Position numbers and translations under genes: made by a program
The notes under the pieces: generated by a model
Database searches by the model: none
What the model saw: the letters and a program-made list of their open reading frames with translations, nothing else
What the model was told of the DNA's origin: nothing
Source: Phycisphaerae bacterium
GTDB lineage: Bacteria; Planctomycetota; Phycisphaerae; UBA1845
Length of the DNA stretch: 64,000 bases
Assembly: GCA_963666835.2 (NCBI GenBank)
Contig: CAXXGO010000001.1
Span: forward strand, 736,001-800,000
Direction of reading: 5' to 3'
In this document: positions 19,492 through 29,972 of the stretch, piece after piece
Layout: each line of letters starts with the position of its first letter
Position numbering within the stretch: the first letter of the stretch is position 1

Positions 19492-20889
19492 TTGGCGGAC
19501 TACGTTGGGATTACCGCATTATCACAGAAGCCGGCCGAACTCCGCGAAGACCGCGGGCGCAGCTTGTCTTGGGGCTGGGTTGCGGTGATTGTCGGAGCGG
19601 TTCTGTACGGCTCGCTCATTCCCTTCGAGATAGACCGCGCCGCGCTTGCCGCGCCAGGTGGGATCGGCTTTCCCACGTTGGCGTGGTCGTTCACAACCGT
19701 CAGCGATGTTATCACCAACTGGGTCGTGTATGTTCCGGTCGGGCTGGCCGCGGCACTTTGCGGGCCCGCGCGGCGGCGAGGGAGTGCCACACTTCTGGCG
19801 ATATCGCTGCTGGTCGGCGCGGCGCTCAGCATATTGGTGGAAAGTATTCAGACGGTGATTGTCGAACGGGTGGCCTCGTGGCCGGACGTCGGCTGCAACT
19901 GCGCAGGCGCCCTTACCGGTGGGCTGGCGGCGCTTGGCGTGAGGCGGTGGGGGACGCACGCGGCGTTGTGGGCTCGGCTGGCGCTGTGCGATCGGCCGTT
20001 TGCGGTCGGGGCAACCGTTTTGACTATGGGGCTGGTCGTTCATGGTCTGGCTCCGTTTGATTTCGTACGAACCACGGCCGGTCTTCAAGATTCGTTTCTG
20101 CAGGCCGATTGGGACCTGACCAGTCCGCGAACGACCGGTGTCGATAACGTGTCGCATCAAGTTCTGGGTGGCAAGCCGGCCGGGGCGGCGTGGTTCAGCT
20201 TACTGGCTTATCTTAATGCCTTTGCAAACCTGCAGCGCAGACGGCGCCCGATAATCGCGTGGGCTTCGGCGATGAAGCACACTATGGTTGTCATCGTGGT
20301 CCTCGAGTTCATGCGTCTTTTCACGGTGAGTCAGACGTTTGACCTGGCTGCGATGCTGCTGGGCTTGTCGGCGGCATTGTTGGGAGCGTGGCTTGCGGTG
20401 TTCCTGATTGACCCGGCCACGCACGGACGCTGGCGGGAAGAGATCGGACACGCTTTGCCCACGATTCTGCTGCCGGTTGTCGCGGTATTCCAGATCGGGG
20501 TTCTGCTGCTCGGGTCGGTGGATATGCAGGTGTGGTCTGCCGGGGGTTTCGACGCGGCCGTGATTCGTTGGCTGCCCTTCGAAGCGATGTGGCATGGTTC
20601 GATGATCCAAGCGGGGTGTGGAACGGCGACCGCCCTGGTGACTTTCGGAGTCTTGACGGTTACCGTTGGGACGGTTCTTTGCCGGGTTCGGGTCAGCCGG
20701 GCTTGGGTGGTTGCCGGCGTGGTGGTGACTCTGCTGGCAGTGTTTGCAGAGTATCTGCGGGGTGCCAGCGCCGTGGCCGTGCCGGATCTCACCGGCCCGG
20801 TCCTGGCCATGATTGCTTCCGGGTTGGCGATACGAGCAGTTGCGATGGTGAAGCAGGCCGCGCCCGATCGCCACGGGTCAACAAGTTGA
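19492..20889 (+). CDS. VanZ-family multi-pass membrane protein
   Basis: GSLIPF, DVITNWVVYVPVG, E.IQ....RVASWPDVGCN.AG; tandem VanZ-like units. Confidence 0.75.
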   Translation: MADYVGITALSQKPAELREDRGRSLSWGWVAVIVGAVLYGSLIPFEIDRAALAAPGGIGFPTLAWSFTTVSDVITNWVVYVPVGLAAALCGPARRRGSATLLAISLLVGAALSILVESIQTVIVERVASWPDVGCNCAGALTGGLAALGVRRWGTHAALWARLALCDRPFAVGATVLTMGLVVHGLAPFDFVRTTAGLQDSFLQADWDLTSPRTTGVDNVSHQVLGGKPAGAAWFSLLAYLNAFANLQRRRRPIIAWASAMKHTMVVIVVLEFMRLFTVSQTFDLAAMLLGLSAALLGAWLAVFLIDPATHGRWREEIGHALPTILLPVVAVFQIGVLLLGSVDMQVWSAGGFDAAVIRWLPFEAMWHGSMIQAGCGTATALVTFGVLTVTVGTVLCRVRVSRAWVVAGVVVTLLAVFAEYLRGASAVAVPDLTGPVLAMIASGLAIRAVAMVKQAAPDRHGSTS

Positions 20890-21630
20890 CCCATGCCACC
20901 CATGTAGCACTATCTGTAGGGCAGGTCGAGGAACGAGACCTGCCATCGAGGTGGCAAGCCTCGCTTGCCTGCGATGGCGCGCGTTACCCGGGGGTGATCT
21001 AACGTTGATCGTGCGAGCCCGTTCCGCTTGCCCGTGATGGAACTTAATGGTCGTGCGTGGCCCGCCCTCTTCGAAGGTGGGGGATGAGATGGTCATCAAG
21101 CCACGGGTCAACAAGTTGACCCATGCCACCCATGTAGCACTATCTGTAGGGCAGGTCGAGGAACGAGACCTGCCATCGCGGCTGGCATGGGCAAGCTTCG
21201 CTTGCCTGCGATGGCGCGCGTTACCCGGGGGTGATCTAACGTTGATCGTGCGAGCCCGTTCCGCTTGCCCGTGACAAGGGTCGACGGCCGTGGGTGGCCC
21301 ACCTTCTCCATTTGCGTGGCCCGCCTTCTTCGAAGGTGGGGGATGAGATGGTCATCAAGCCACGGGTCAACAAGTTGACCCATGCCACCCATGTAGCACT
21401 ATCTGTAGGGCAGGTCGAGGAACGAGACCTGCCATCGCGGGTGGCAAGCCTTGCTTGCCTGCGATGGCGCGCGTTACCCGGGGGTGATCTAACGTTGATC
21501 GTGCGAACCCGTACCGCTTGCCCGTAATGGCCGGGTGGTCCGCCTCTTTAGAGGTGGGGGACTCAAACCGCGACAAAGGCTTGCGTCGCGCGCCGTTGCG
21601 GCAGGTCTCGTGCCTCGACGCTGCCCTACA
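20871..21630. repeat. Three tandem composite REP units plus an inverted GTAG REP
   Basis: Unit starts at 20871, 21101 and 21360; inverted copy at ~21597-21629. Confidence 0.9.
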
Positions 21631-21682
21631 CCCGCCTGCGGTGCCCGGCCGGTAGGATCAGAAGGACGCCCGGCCGGAGTGT

Positions 21683-22561
21683 CTACGAATCTTCGTACGG
21701 CTCAATGTGGACGAGGACGTCGGCGACCTCGGCCCATTTCTTCATGATCTGATCTTTAACTTCGTGCCCGACGGCATGGGCTTTGTGGACGGTCATTTCC
21801 GGGTCGACGTGCAGGTGCATGTCGATGTAGATCTTCGGGCCCATCTTACGCGCGAGGACCTTCTCAACGAGACGGACGCTGTCGACGGCCGATGCCGCTT
21901 TCTCGATAGAATCGACCAGTGACGTTTGCGGGGCGGTGTCCATCAGCTCTCTTATAGCGCTGCGAACGAAAAGCCCTGCGTTGGTTACGATCACTCCGCA
22001 CGCGGCCAAGGCCGCCCAGTCGTCCGCGGAGGCATATCCTTCGCCGCCGATCAGCGCAATCAGGATCCCAATTGCGGCGGCTGCCGACGTCATTGCGTCA
22101 CTGCGATGATGCCAGGCGTCGGCGTGGATGGCGGTACTGCCGATACTCCGGGCTACCCGGGATTCGTAGCGGTACATGGCCTCTTTGATGGCGATTACGC
22201 CCAGCAACACGACCAGCGTGTACGGTGCCGGGGTCGGATGCGGCGTGCCGATTTCATCGAGGGCCTGCCAGGCAATTCCCGCTGCGGCTAGGACCAGCAT
22301 GAGGGCTACGGCCATGGCTGCGAGGGGCTCGGCCTTACCGTGGCCGTACGGGTGATCGCGGTCGGCCGGACGAGCTGCGATTACCAGTCCGCTCCACACG
22401 ATGACGGAGCTGAAGATGTCTCCGAAGGACTCGACGGCGTCGGCAATCAAGGCGTTGGAGTGACCGACGACTCCGGTAAGGAGCTTGATGAGCGCAAGCC
22501 CGCCGTTGAGCGCGAAGCTGATCCGTGAAGCGCGTTGACCTTGTTCCTGTGGCTCGTCCAC
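21683..22561 (-). CDS. Cation diffusion facilitator family transporter (FieF-like)
   Basis: ALIADAVES, D.DHPYGHGKAE, ADAWHHRSD, VLVHIEP. Confidence 0.92.
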   Translation of the reverse strand: MDEPQEQGQRASRISFALNGGLALIKLLTGVVGHSNALIADAVESFGDIFSSVIVWSGLVIAARPADRDHPYGHGKAEPLAAMAVALMLVLAAAGIAWQALDEIGTPHPTPAPYTLVVLLGVIAIKEAMYRYESRVARSIGSTAIHADAWHHRSDAMTSAAAAIGILIALIGGEGYASADDWAALAACGVIVTNAGLFVRSAIRELMDTAPQTSLVDSIEKAASAVDSVRLVEKVLARKMGPKIYIDMHLHVDPEMTVHKAHAVGHEVKDQIMKKWAEVADVLVHIEPYEDS

Positions 22562-22741
22562 CGGGGCAGGTTACCACGAGACGGCCGGCACTGCACGGTC
22601 GCCCGGGTGATTAGACACGACGGACCGGTCCGGCTAACGTGACGGTGCCGTGAGGGGAGCTCGGTGGGGGTGTCGAGGTTGGTGCAAGGACGTGATCTTG
22701 ATGGTGGATTAGACGTCGACCTCGGATCAGGTGTTCGGACT

Positions 22742-23416
22742 ATGCTTATCAAGATCTGTGGACTGACTACCGTTGAGGATGCGAAGCTGGCCCGGCAGGC
22801 AGGCGCTGATTGGCTTGGTCTCAACCTCTTTGCCGGGCCGCGACGGATTGATATGCGCCGATTGCGGCAGATCATCGATCATCTGGACGATCCTGCACCT
22901 GTGGTCGCTCTGGTGGGCATAGATGGCGACGGGGGCTATCCGGCAGTGCTTGCTGAGCTTCGAGAGAGCGGCGTCCGACATCTACAGGTCTACGGAAACC
23001 TGTCTGCGGACCATTTGCGTCGCCTCAGAGAAGATCAGTTTGAGGTGGTCCTTCCGTGGCCCGTGGCGGACCGAGCGTCTCTGCGCGATCTTGACGCGCT
23101 TCTGAGATCTTGTGGCGATGCAGCTCCGTCTTATGTCCTCCTTGATGCCCACGACCCAGACCGGCTCGGAGGCACCGGGCAGCGCGCCGATTGGGAGGCA
23201 ATCCGGGATGCGCGAGGCTCGGAGGGCTTCGGCGGGCAGGCTAAGATCATCGTGGCCGGTGGTCTTACTCCTCTCAATGTGGCTCAGGCCGTGCGGATGT
23301 TGGCTCCCGACGGGGTAGACGTCGCCTCGGGCGTGGAGTCTTCACCGGGCCATAAGGACGTCGACAAGATGGCGGCCTTCATCGCGGCAGCCCGTAATGC
23401 TGCCGGTGCTCTGTGA
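22742..23416 (+). CDS. trpF: Phosphoribosylanthranilate isomerase
   Basis: IKICGL, LLDA, GGTG, AGGLTP.NV, GVDVASGVE..PG.KD. Confidence 0.93.
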   Translation: MLIKICGLTTVEDAKLARQAGADWLGLNLFAGPRRIDMRRLRQIIDHLDDPAPVVALVGIDGDGGYPAVLAELRESGVRHLQVYGNLSADHLRRLREDQFEVVLPWPVADRASLRDLDALLRSCGDAAPSYVLLDAHDPDRLGGTGQRADWEAIRDARGSEGFGGQAKIIVAGGLTPLNVAQAVRMLAPDGVDVASGVESSPGHKDVDKMAAFIAAARNAAGAL

Positions 23417-23466
23417 GCCGATTGCCTGGCGGGCCGCCGGCCATCTGCAACAGGAAGCTGGACCCG

Positions 23467-23508
23467 AAAAAGAGACCGGGCCGCCCTCAACGAAGAGGAC
23501 GGCCCGGG
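23467..23508 (-). terminator. Putative intrinsic terminator between convergent genes
   Basis: CCGGGCCG...CGGCCCGG hairpin followed by TCTCTTTTT on the minus strand. Confidence 0.55.
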
Positions 23509-23563
23509 TTCGTCACTCACTCAGGCTCGCAGCGGCAAGTGCCGGGGGCGGGCCTGTGTCCGA

Positions 23564-26500
23564 TCAGTGCCCCGAAGGTTTCGGCCCCATCAGGAACGGG
23601 ACGTTCGGGTAGACAACACCGGCATCGATCGCCAGGATCCGACCATCCCCGTTGATGTCGCGCCGCTCGTCATCAGCGGCATTCAAGGTCGGGACTCCCG
23701 TGTAAACCAAACCGGCATCGATCGCCAGAACACGGTTGTCGTCACTGGCATCACCCACGGCCACCGCGTAGTGAATCTCGAACGGCAACACATTCTGCCA
23801 GCCGCCGATGTTACGAACGGCGTACCACTTCTTGTGCTGCAGAGTGGAGCCGTTATCCCAGATCCGCAAAGTGCGCGGGTTGCCACTGCTGTCCGCCTCC
23901 ACCGTCATGCTGAACGCGCCCGACAGATCGGGACCAAACGCGCCACCGGGAAGGAGTTCCTGGATCATCACCTGTCCGGCGCCCGGTGGGGTGATGTCCA
24001 GATCGAAGCCCAGGCGTGCGATGTTGTGTGCTGACCGCCACCAACTGTGGTTGGGCTTCGGATTACTCCGAATCCACTCGGCCGGCTTCGTGGTCAACAC
24101 GAAGGCCATGTCCCAACGCACGGTCGGCGGATCCCCCAGGGGGTAACCCTGTTCGAACGTGTTACCGATCTGCGGAGCGTTCGGGACCTGGACTACCACG
24201 GCACTGTCGTTAAAGAAGTGCTCGCGCGTCTTCCAACCCCAGACGTATGGACCCGGGTCGGTCTCCTGGATGGCCGAGATGCTCACCCAGAAGATCTCGC
24301 AAGCCGGTCCCTGACGGAACCACAGATCTTCGGGAATGAGGAAGTCGTACCGGAAGCACGTATCGACCGGCGTACCGGGCACCGAGTCGCACCCGACCGC
24401 ACGCTCGTTGAGCACATCGCGCGAAACGCGCCACTCCCAGATCATCTCTCGCGGACGACTCCAGGGCAGGGTGGAGGACGCCGGCTCGTCGGTCCATATA
24501 CCAATGTGGAACGCAATGGGTGCGTTCTGCGGAGGCAAGTCTTCGCGCCAGCCGACATACGAGCCCCACCAGTGGATGTCGGTGATCGGGTGATCGTTCA
24601 TGCACGCCCAATCATCGGCCACGACGGCCTTTCCGTATGCCGACGGCTCATCCCAGCCCCAGAAACATACGGAAGGAGAGTCGGGGTTAAAGGTCGGGGG
24701 TTGTGCCCATTTCAACGGGTGACAAATCCGGTCGTCACAGGTCGTCCCGGGCCCCTGCGGATCTCCACGCCTCAACACGCAGTCCGTATGGGTCAGTTCG
24801 ACGCAACTGCCGTCACGCAGACAGCACGCCTGGATCAGTTGCAGATCCTCGCAGGCGTCATCGACTCCGTTTTGGTTCCAATCGCCCAGGCAATACGGAG
24901 CATTCCACGGGGACGGTACTCCGCCGAGATCGTCACAGCAGAGCGGATCGACTTCCGTGCAGCCGCCGTCCGGCAGGCAACACGCGATCGTGTAGTCCAC
25001 GCAGGCCGTGTTGGGTCCCTGCCGAACGCCACCGAGGTCATCGCAGCAGAGCGGGTCGAGATCCAGACAGACCCCGTCCTCCACGCAGCACGCTTCGACT
25101 CGTGTGCAAACGGTGCCCGGACCCTGCGGAGTTCCGCCGCGATCCTCACAGTCCTGCGGAGTGAGTTGTACGCAAGTACCGTCATCCAGGCAGCAGGCTT
25201 CCTTCGCCATGCACACGCACTCGTAGTACTCCGCCTCGGGCAAGACCGTGACGGTCATTTCGCAGATTTCCGCGGTATTCGGGCAATCTCCGGTGCAATA
25301 TGGTTCTATAGTAAGGGCTTGCTCAACGTGGCAGTAGCCCCGGTCGATGCACTCACATTCCACGATCTCCCATGGCGAGGGGGGCGGCGGCAGAATGTGG
25401 ACAACCTGGATAATCCGGAATCCGGTCGGCTGATTCTCCACGTCCAGAAGATCGACGCCGTTCCAATCACCAGGGGTCTCGAAAGAGCTGCCGAGCGGCG
25501 GAATCGCATAAAGGCCGCCGGCCAGCAGCGGAATCGGCTCACGGTTCCACAAACCGCTCACACCCTGATCCGGAAGGTCGATCTCCACGAAGACATCGAA
25601 GAAACTCTCCGCCGGGAAGTCCGTACCCGGCAAGTCGGCTCCGACAACCTTGCCTACGCTCGGACGCTCGTTCGGGGCCAGGCGGATCATGGCCGGCTGG
25701 CTTGCCGGACCGAGTGCCGACAGATCCATCTGGACAATCTCGGTATCGATGACGCGGTGAGTACCCACATCCTCCGGATCGCTACGGCGTACCACGGTCA
25801 AGTTCGGCTCTTCTCCCGTGATCTCGAAAGCTGCTACCCCGCCGGTAGGGCTCTGGATTACGACAACTCCGGTAGTCGGGGACAGAACGTCCTCTCCTGC
25901 CGGTGGGAACTCCGTTTCGGGCAGATCATGCCTGATTACCTTCGGCAGGCATATCTGCATTGGGTCGGGACATTGGATGTTGAAACACGCAGTTCCATCC
26001 AGATTGGGCTCGCAATCCGGCGGCACATCTTCGCACGCGTCATCCCATCCGTTCTCGTTCCAATCGCCCAGGCAGTGCTCCGAACCCCAGGGAGATGGGA
26101 TCCCGCCGAGATCGTCACAACAGAGTGGATCGACCTCGACGCACTCGCCCTCCGCCAGGCAGCACGCGACCGTCATGTCGACGCAGGCCGTGTTGGGCCC
26201 TTGCCGAGTTCCGCCAAGCTCGTCGCAGCACAGCGGATCGACTTCCACGCACACGCCGTCATCGATGCAGCAGGCCTCAGGCTGAGTACAGAGAGTGTTC
26301 AGACCCTGCGGGATTCCCCTGCGGGCGATACAATCATCCGGAAGCAGATCCAGACAGGTGCCGTCCTCCAGACAGCAAGCCTCCGGACGCGGCTCCGGAA
26401 CACAAACGCACTCAAAGAGGTCGTCGATACCGTCGTCATCGACGTCTGAGACGGTCATCTCGCAGATCTCTTCAGGTGGGCAGTCGCCAGTGCAGTACGG

Positions 26501-28012
26501 CAGCGTACCGTCGACGTAGTTGATGTGGCAGTAGTCTCGGTCGATGCACTCGCATTCCACGACCCGCCAAGATGCGGACGTCGGATCGGACGGGTCGTGC
26601 TTAATGACCTTCGGCAGGCAGACCTGCGTCACTTCGGGGCATTGGATCGGGAAGCACGCCGTACCTTCCAGATTGGGTTCGCAATCCGGCGGCAGATCCT
26701 CGCACGCATCTTCTATCCCGTTCATGTTCAAATCGCCCAGGCAATACGGCGAACCCCACGGAGAGGGGTACCCGCCCAGGTCGTCACAGCAAAGAGGATC
26801 CACCTCGACACAAGCACCGTCCGGCAGGCAGCACGCGATTGTCATATCAACACACGCGGTGTTGGGCCCTTGCGGTGCTCCGCCGAGATCGTCACAGCAC
26901 AGCGGGTCGAGTTCCATACAAGCGCCGTCGCCCAAGCAACAGGCCTCCGGCTGCGTGCAGACCGTTCCGGGGCCTTGCGAAACACCCCTGATGGCGGCGC
27001 AATCGTCCGGGAGCAGATCCAGGCACGTACCGTCATGAACGCAGCACGCCTCCGGCTCCGGCAGTGGCACACATACGCACTCATAGTACTCCGCATCGGG
27101 CAAGACCGTGACGGTCATCTCGCAGGTTTCATTGTTCGGACAATTTCCGGTGCAGTACGGTTCCGTAGTGTCGGAATACTCGATATGGCAGTCATTCTCG
27201 CTGAGGCAGTCGCACTCGATAACCAGCCATGGCGGACGTTTCGGTGGTAGGGTGTGGGCGACCTCGATGATCCGGAACCCGGATGGTTGATTCTCCACAT
27301 CCAGAAGATCAACGCCGTCCCAAGCCTCCGGAGTTGCGAACGTGCTGCCCAATGGTGGAAGCGCGTCCACGCCGATCGCCGACAGCGGAATACGATCGGC
27401 GGCCCTTAGCCCGACTACCCCGCTGTCAGGAAGATCGATGGTCACAAAGACATCGAAGAAGCTGTCCGCCGGGTAATCGCCGGCCGCGGACGGTAAACCC
27501 AGGACGCTCCCCAGGCTCGACTCGTTGGGGTCCAGGTGGATTATCGCCGGGTGCCCAATTGGGCCGGTCGCCCACAACTCCATCTCGACAATCTCAGTCT
27601 GAACCAGCCGAAAAACACCGCTGCTCTCCGGATCGCTGCGGTTCACCACGGTTACGTTCGGATCCTCACCGGTGATCGTGTAGGTTTCCACTTCACCGGC
27701 GAGATTCTGAATCAGAACATGCCCGGTCGTCCCCTCCAGAACGTCCTGGCCGCCCGGCGGGAAAGCGATGTCAGGCACAATGCGCTGAATCACTCTCGGC
27801 ACGCAGACCTGGGAAAGCTCCGGGCAGACAACATCGGTGCATCCGGACCCGTCGTCCAGCGGTTCGCAAACCGGATCCGCCGCTTGTTGCGCGCCGTTGA
27901 CGATCTGGTTAGTCCCCGCACTCAGTAACAATGGGGTACTGGCGGCCCACCCGACCGACGCAGACCCCACCCCCAACGCCATGATTAGCGCAACGCAAAA
28001 AACCCTCTTCAT
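23564..28012 (-). CDS. Giant secreted Cys-rich repeat protein with C-terminal dockerin-like pair (1482 aa)
   Basis: Signal peptide; about ten ACCxxDGxC repeats; duplicated SFFDVFV domain; KWAQPP...ADDW...IHWWGS domain; GDASDDNRVLAIDAG and DINGDGRILAIDAG. Confidence 0.75.
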   Translation of the reverse strand: MKRVFCVALIMALGVGSASVGWAASTPLLLSAGTNQIVNGAQQAADPVCEPLDDGSGCTDVVCPELSQVCVPRVIQRIVPDIAFPPGGQDVLEGTTGHVLIQNLAGEVETYTITGEDPNVTVVNRSDPESSGVFRLVQTEIVEMELWATGPIGHPAIIHLDPNESSLGSVLGLPSAAGDYPADSFFDVFVTIDLPDSGVVGLRAADRIPLSAIGVDALPPLGSTFATPEAWDGVDLLDVENQPSGFRIIEVAHTLPPKRPPWLVIECDCLSENDCHIEYSDTTEPYCTGNCPNNETCEMTVTVLPDAEYYECVCVPLPEPEACCVHDGTCLDLLPDDCAAIRGVSQGPGTVCTQPEACCLGDGACMELDPLCCDDLGGAPQGPNTACVDMTIACCLPDGACVEVDPLCCDDLGGYPSPWGSPYCLGDLNMNGIEDACEDLPPDCEPNLEGTACFPIQCPEVTQVCLPKVIKHDPSDPTSASWRVVECECIDRDYCHINYVDGTLPYCTGDCPPEEICEMTVSDVDDDGIDDLFECVCVPEPRPEACCLEDGTCLDLLPDDCIARRGIPQGLNTLCTQPEACCIDDGVCVEVDPLCCDELGGTRQGPNTACVDMTVACCLAEGECVEVDPLCCDDLGGIPSPWGSEHCLGDWNENGWDDACEDVPPDCEPNLDGTACFNIQCPDPMQICLPKVIRHDLPETEFPPAGEDVLSPTTGVVVIQSPTGGVAAFEITGEEPNLTVVRRSDPEDVGTHRVIDTEIVQMDLSALGPASQPAMIRLAPNERPSVGKVVGADLPGTDFPAESFFDVFVEIDLPDQGVSGLWNREPIPLLAGGLYAIPPLGSSFETPGDWNGVDLLDVENQPTGFRIIQVVHILPPPPSPWEIVECECIDRGYCHVEQALTIEPYCTGDCPNTAEICEMTVTVLPEAEYYECVCMAKEACCLDDGTCVQLTPQDCEDRGGTPQGPGTVCTRVEACCVEDGVCLDLDPLCCDDLGGVRQGPNTACVDYTIACCLPDGGCTEVDPLCCDDLGGVPSPWNAPYCLGDWNQNGVDDACEDLQLIQACCLRDGSCVELTHTDCVLRRGDPQGPGTTCDDRICHPLKWAQPPTFNPDSPSVCFWGWDEPSAYGKAVVADDWACMNDHPITDIHWWGSYVGWREDLPPQNAPIAFHIGIWTDEPASSTLPWSRPREMIWEWRVSRDVLNERAVGCDSVPGTPVDTCFRYDFLIPEDLWFRQGPACEIFWVSISAIQETDPGPYVWGWKTREHFFNDSAVVVQVPNAPQIGNTFEQGYPLGDPPTVRWDMAFVLTTKPAEWIRSNPKPNHSWWRSAHNIARLGFDLDITPPGAGQVMIQELLPGGAFGPDLSGAFSMTVEADSSGNPRTLRIWDNGSTLQHKKWYAVRNIGGWQNVLPFEIHYAVAVGDASDDNRVLAIDAGLVYTGVPTLNAADDERRDINGDGRILAIDAGVVYPNVPFLMGPKPSGH

Positions 28013-28215
28013 AACTAGACCTCCATCTCAGAGTTGCTCCGGCACGCCCCTGTGGCCAGGGAACATATACATGTTATTGGAATGGCCAGGCAAGATCAAT
28101 GGCGCAGGCAAGATTCAGGTACGTCCCATAGCCTGCGGGCTACAAGAAGGGTAGATAGATACTGGAAAACCGCCGTCAGGGCAGACCCGATGGAATACCC
28201 TGTTGCCTTAGCAAG

Positions 28216-29967
28216 TCAGGCGATTTCCGGCGGTGGTCCGGCCAGAGCTTCGAATTGCTCGAGTGCCGTGCGATCGCCCTGGCGGACGAGCTCGATATCA
28301 CGATGTACGGTGGGGATGCCAGTCTCGATGTAACGGCGGGTGACGAGTCGCTTGTGGTCATCGACTTTGGCCTGCCGCAACAGGAGGTGACCGATAAGAA
28401 CGGTCATGGCGGCGTCGACGAGCCGCCGCCCGAAGAGGTCCATATTATCGCCCCCGCGCTCCTTAACCGCGGCAACACCTTCAAGCACGAGTTTTCGGCC
28501 CTCTACGAGCATGTTCTGCAGTTTGCGTAGAGACTCGTCTGTGAACTCGTGCCGCTCCAGTTCCTCGACCCGTCTGGCAAACGCGCCACCGCACACGCCG
28601 CGCACGGCGGCGACGATCTGCAACTGACTGGTGCCCTCGTAGATTGACGTAATCCGAGCGTCGCGCAGGTGTCGCTCCGCGGGGTAATCCCTCATGTAGC
28701 CCGACCCGCCCAGCACTTGGATCGTGTCGTTGGCGATTCTGATGCTCGTCTCCGAGGCCAGGTACTTGCTCATCGGCGTCAACATGCCGGCAAGCCGCTT
28801 GAGGATCCGGGCGTCATTCTTTCGCCGCTTCAACTCGTCCTTGTCGGCCGGGGGGTTCGTCTCCAGCACGCGCAGGTTGTTATTTTCCAGGTCTACGATC
28901 CGGGCGGTTTCGTATACCAACGTGCGAGCGGCTTCCAAGGCGACCTTCATGCCGGTGACCATCTCGGCCACGGCTGGAAGCCGTTCGATGCGCACTCCGA
29001 ACTGCTGACGGGTGTGGGCGTAATTACGGGCGCAGCGGTAGGCGGCTTCGGCGATTCCCAAGGCCTGGGCTGCGACCCCGAGGCGGGCGCCGTTCATCAA
29101 GCTCATCGTATAGCGGATGAGCCCCAATTGGCGTTCGCCGACCAGTTTGGCCGGGACGTCGTCATACACCAGCTCGCACGTCGGCGACCCGTGGATTCCC
29201 AGTTTGTTTTCCAGTCGGCGAACGCGGAGACGCGGATCACGTTGGTGGACAAAGAGGCTCAGCCCGCGTCCGTCGCTGATTTCCGGCTCGCTTCGCGCCA
29301 GAGTCAGCAGGACATCTCCACAACCGTTTGTGATGAAACGCTTCACCCCGGTGAGACGCCACTGACCGTTATCGTCCTGCCACGCGCGCAGGCCGACCAC
29401 CTGCAAGTCACTGCCGGCATCCGGCTCGGTCAGAGCCATGGCTCCGGTGACTTCGCCCCGAGCGAACTTCGGCAAATACTCCTTCTTGGTCTCTTCATCC
29501 GCGAAGGCATTAATGGTCTCTCCGATTCCCTGAAGACCGAAGAGGTTCATCAACGAGGCATCCGCCCGGCTGACGATCTCGACCGCCATGGTGTAAACAA
29601 GCGAGGGGAAATTCAAACCTCCGTAGGCTCGCGGCAGGGTAAACGCCATTAAGTCCGCCTGCCCGAGTACGTTGAGATTCTCTTGCACGGCGGGGCTAAG
29701 TGTGACCGTGCCGTCCGGGTTCAACGTGTGGCCTTCTTGGTCCACCTGCTCGGCGCGGGGAGCTATACAATTGGCAGCGACGTCTCCGACGATGGCGAGG
29801 ACCCGACGGTAATTGTCGATGGCATCCGCGGCGTCGCGCGGGGCGTAGTCAGCCCCCGGTCCGTTCGTGCTCTGGAAACCGTCTTCCTGAACTGTTGCCA
29901 CCTCGCTGAGGTCGAAGTGGTCAAAAAGGAAGCGAATGTCGTCGTTGTCTTCGAAGAAGTTAGCCAT
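28216..29967 (-). CDS. Acyl-CoA dehydrogenase
   Basis: MALTEPDAGSDL, G.KRFITNG, KLGIHGSPT, R.QFG, GGSGY, IYEGT. Confidence 0.95.
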   Translation of the reverse strand: MANFFEDNDDIRFLFDHFDLSEVATVQEDGFQSTNGPGADYAPRDAADAIDNYRRVLAIVGDVAANCIAPRAEQVDQEGHTLNPDGTVTLSPAVQENLNVLGQADLMAFTLPRAYGGLNFPSLVYTMAVEIVSRADASLMNLFGLQGIGETINAFADEETKKEYLPKFARGEVTGAMALTEPDAGSDLQVVGLRAWQDDNGQWRLTGVKRFITNGCGDVLLTLARSEPEISDGRGLSLFVHQRDPRLRVRRLENKLGIHGSPTCELVYDDVPAKLVGERQLGLIRYTMSLMNGARLGVAAQALGIAEAAYRCARNYAHTRQQFGVRIERLPAVAEMVTGMKVALEAARTLVYETARIVDLENNNLRVLETNPPADKDELKRRKNDARILKRLAGMLTPMSKYLASETSIRIANDTIQVLGGSGYMRDYPAERHLRDARITSIYEGTSQLQIVAAVRGVCGGAFARRVEELERHEFTDESLRKLQNMLVEGRKLVLEGVAAVKERGGDNMDLFGRRLVDAAMTVLIGHLLLRQAKVDDHKRLVTRRYIETGIPTVHRDIELVRQGDRTALEQFEALAGPPPEIA

Positions 29968-29972
29968 ACCCG

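Noticed and set aside
20878..21747. Short similar ORFs (also at 84-278 and 18190-18950)
   Set aside because: Arise from REP mosaics; no RBS or protein features
24047..26449. 800-aa plus-strand ORF and other long antisense ORFs (e.g. 35522-37033, 59600-60832, 61394-62554)
   Set aside because: Shadow frames of high-GC genes on the opposite strand
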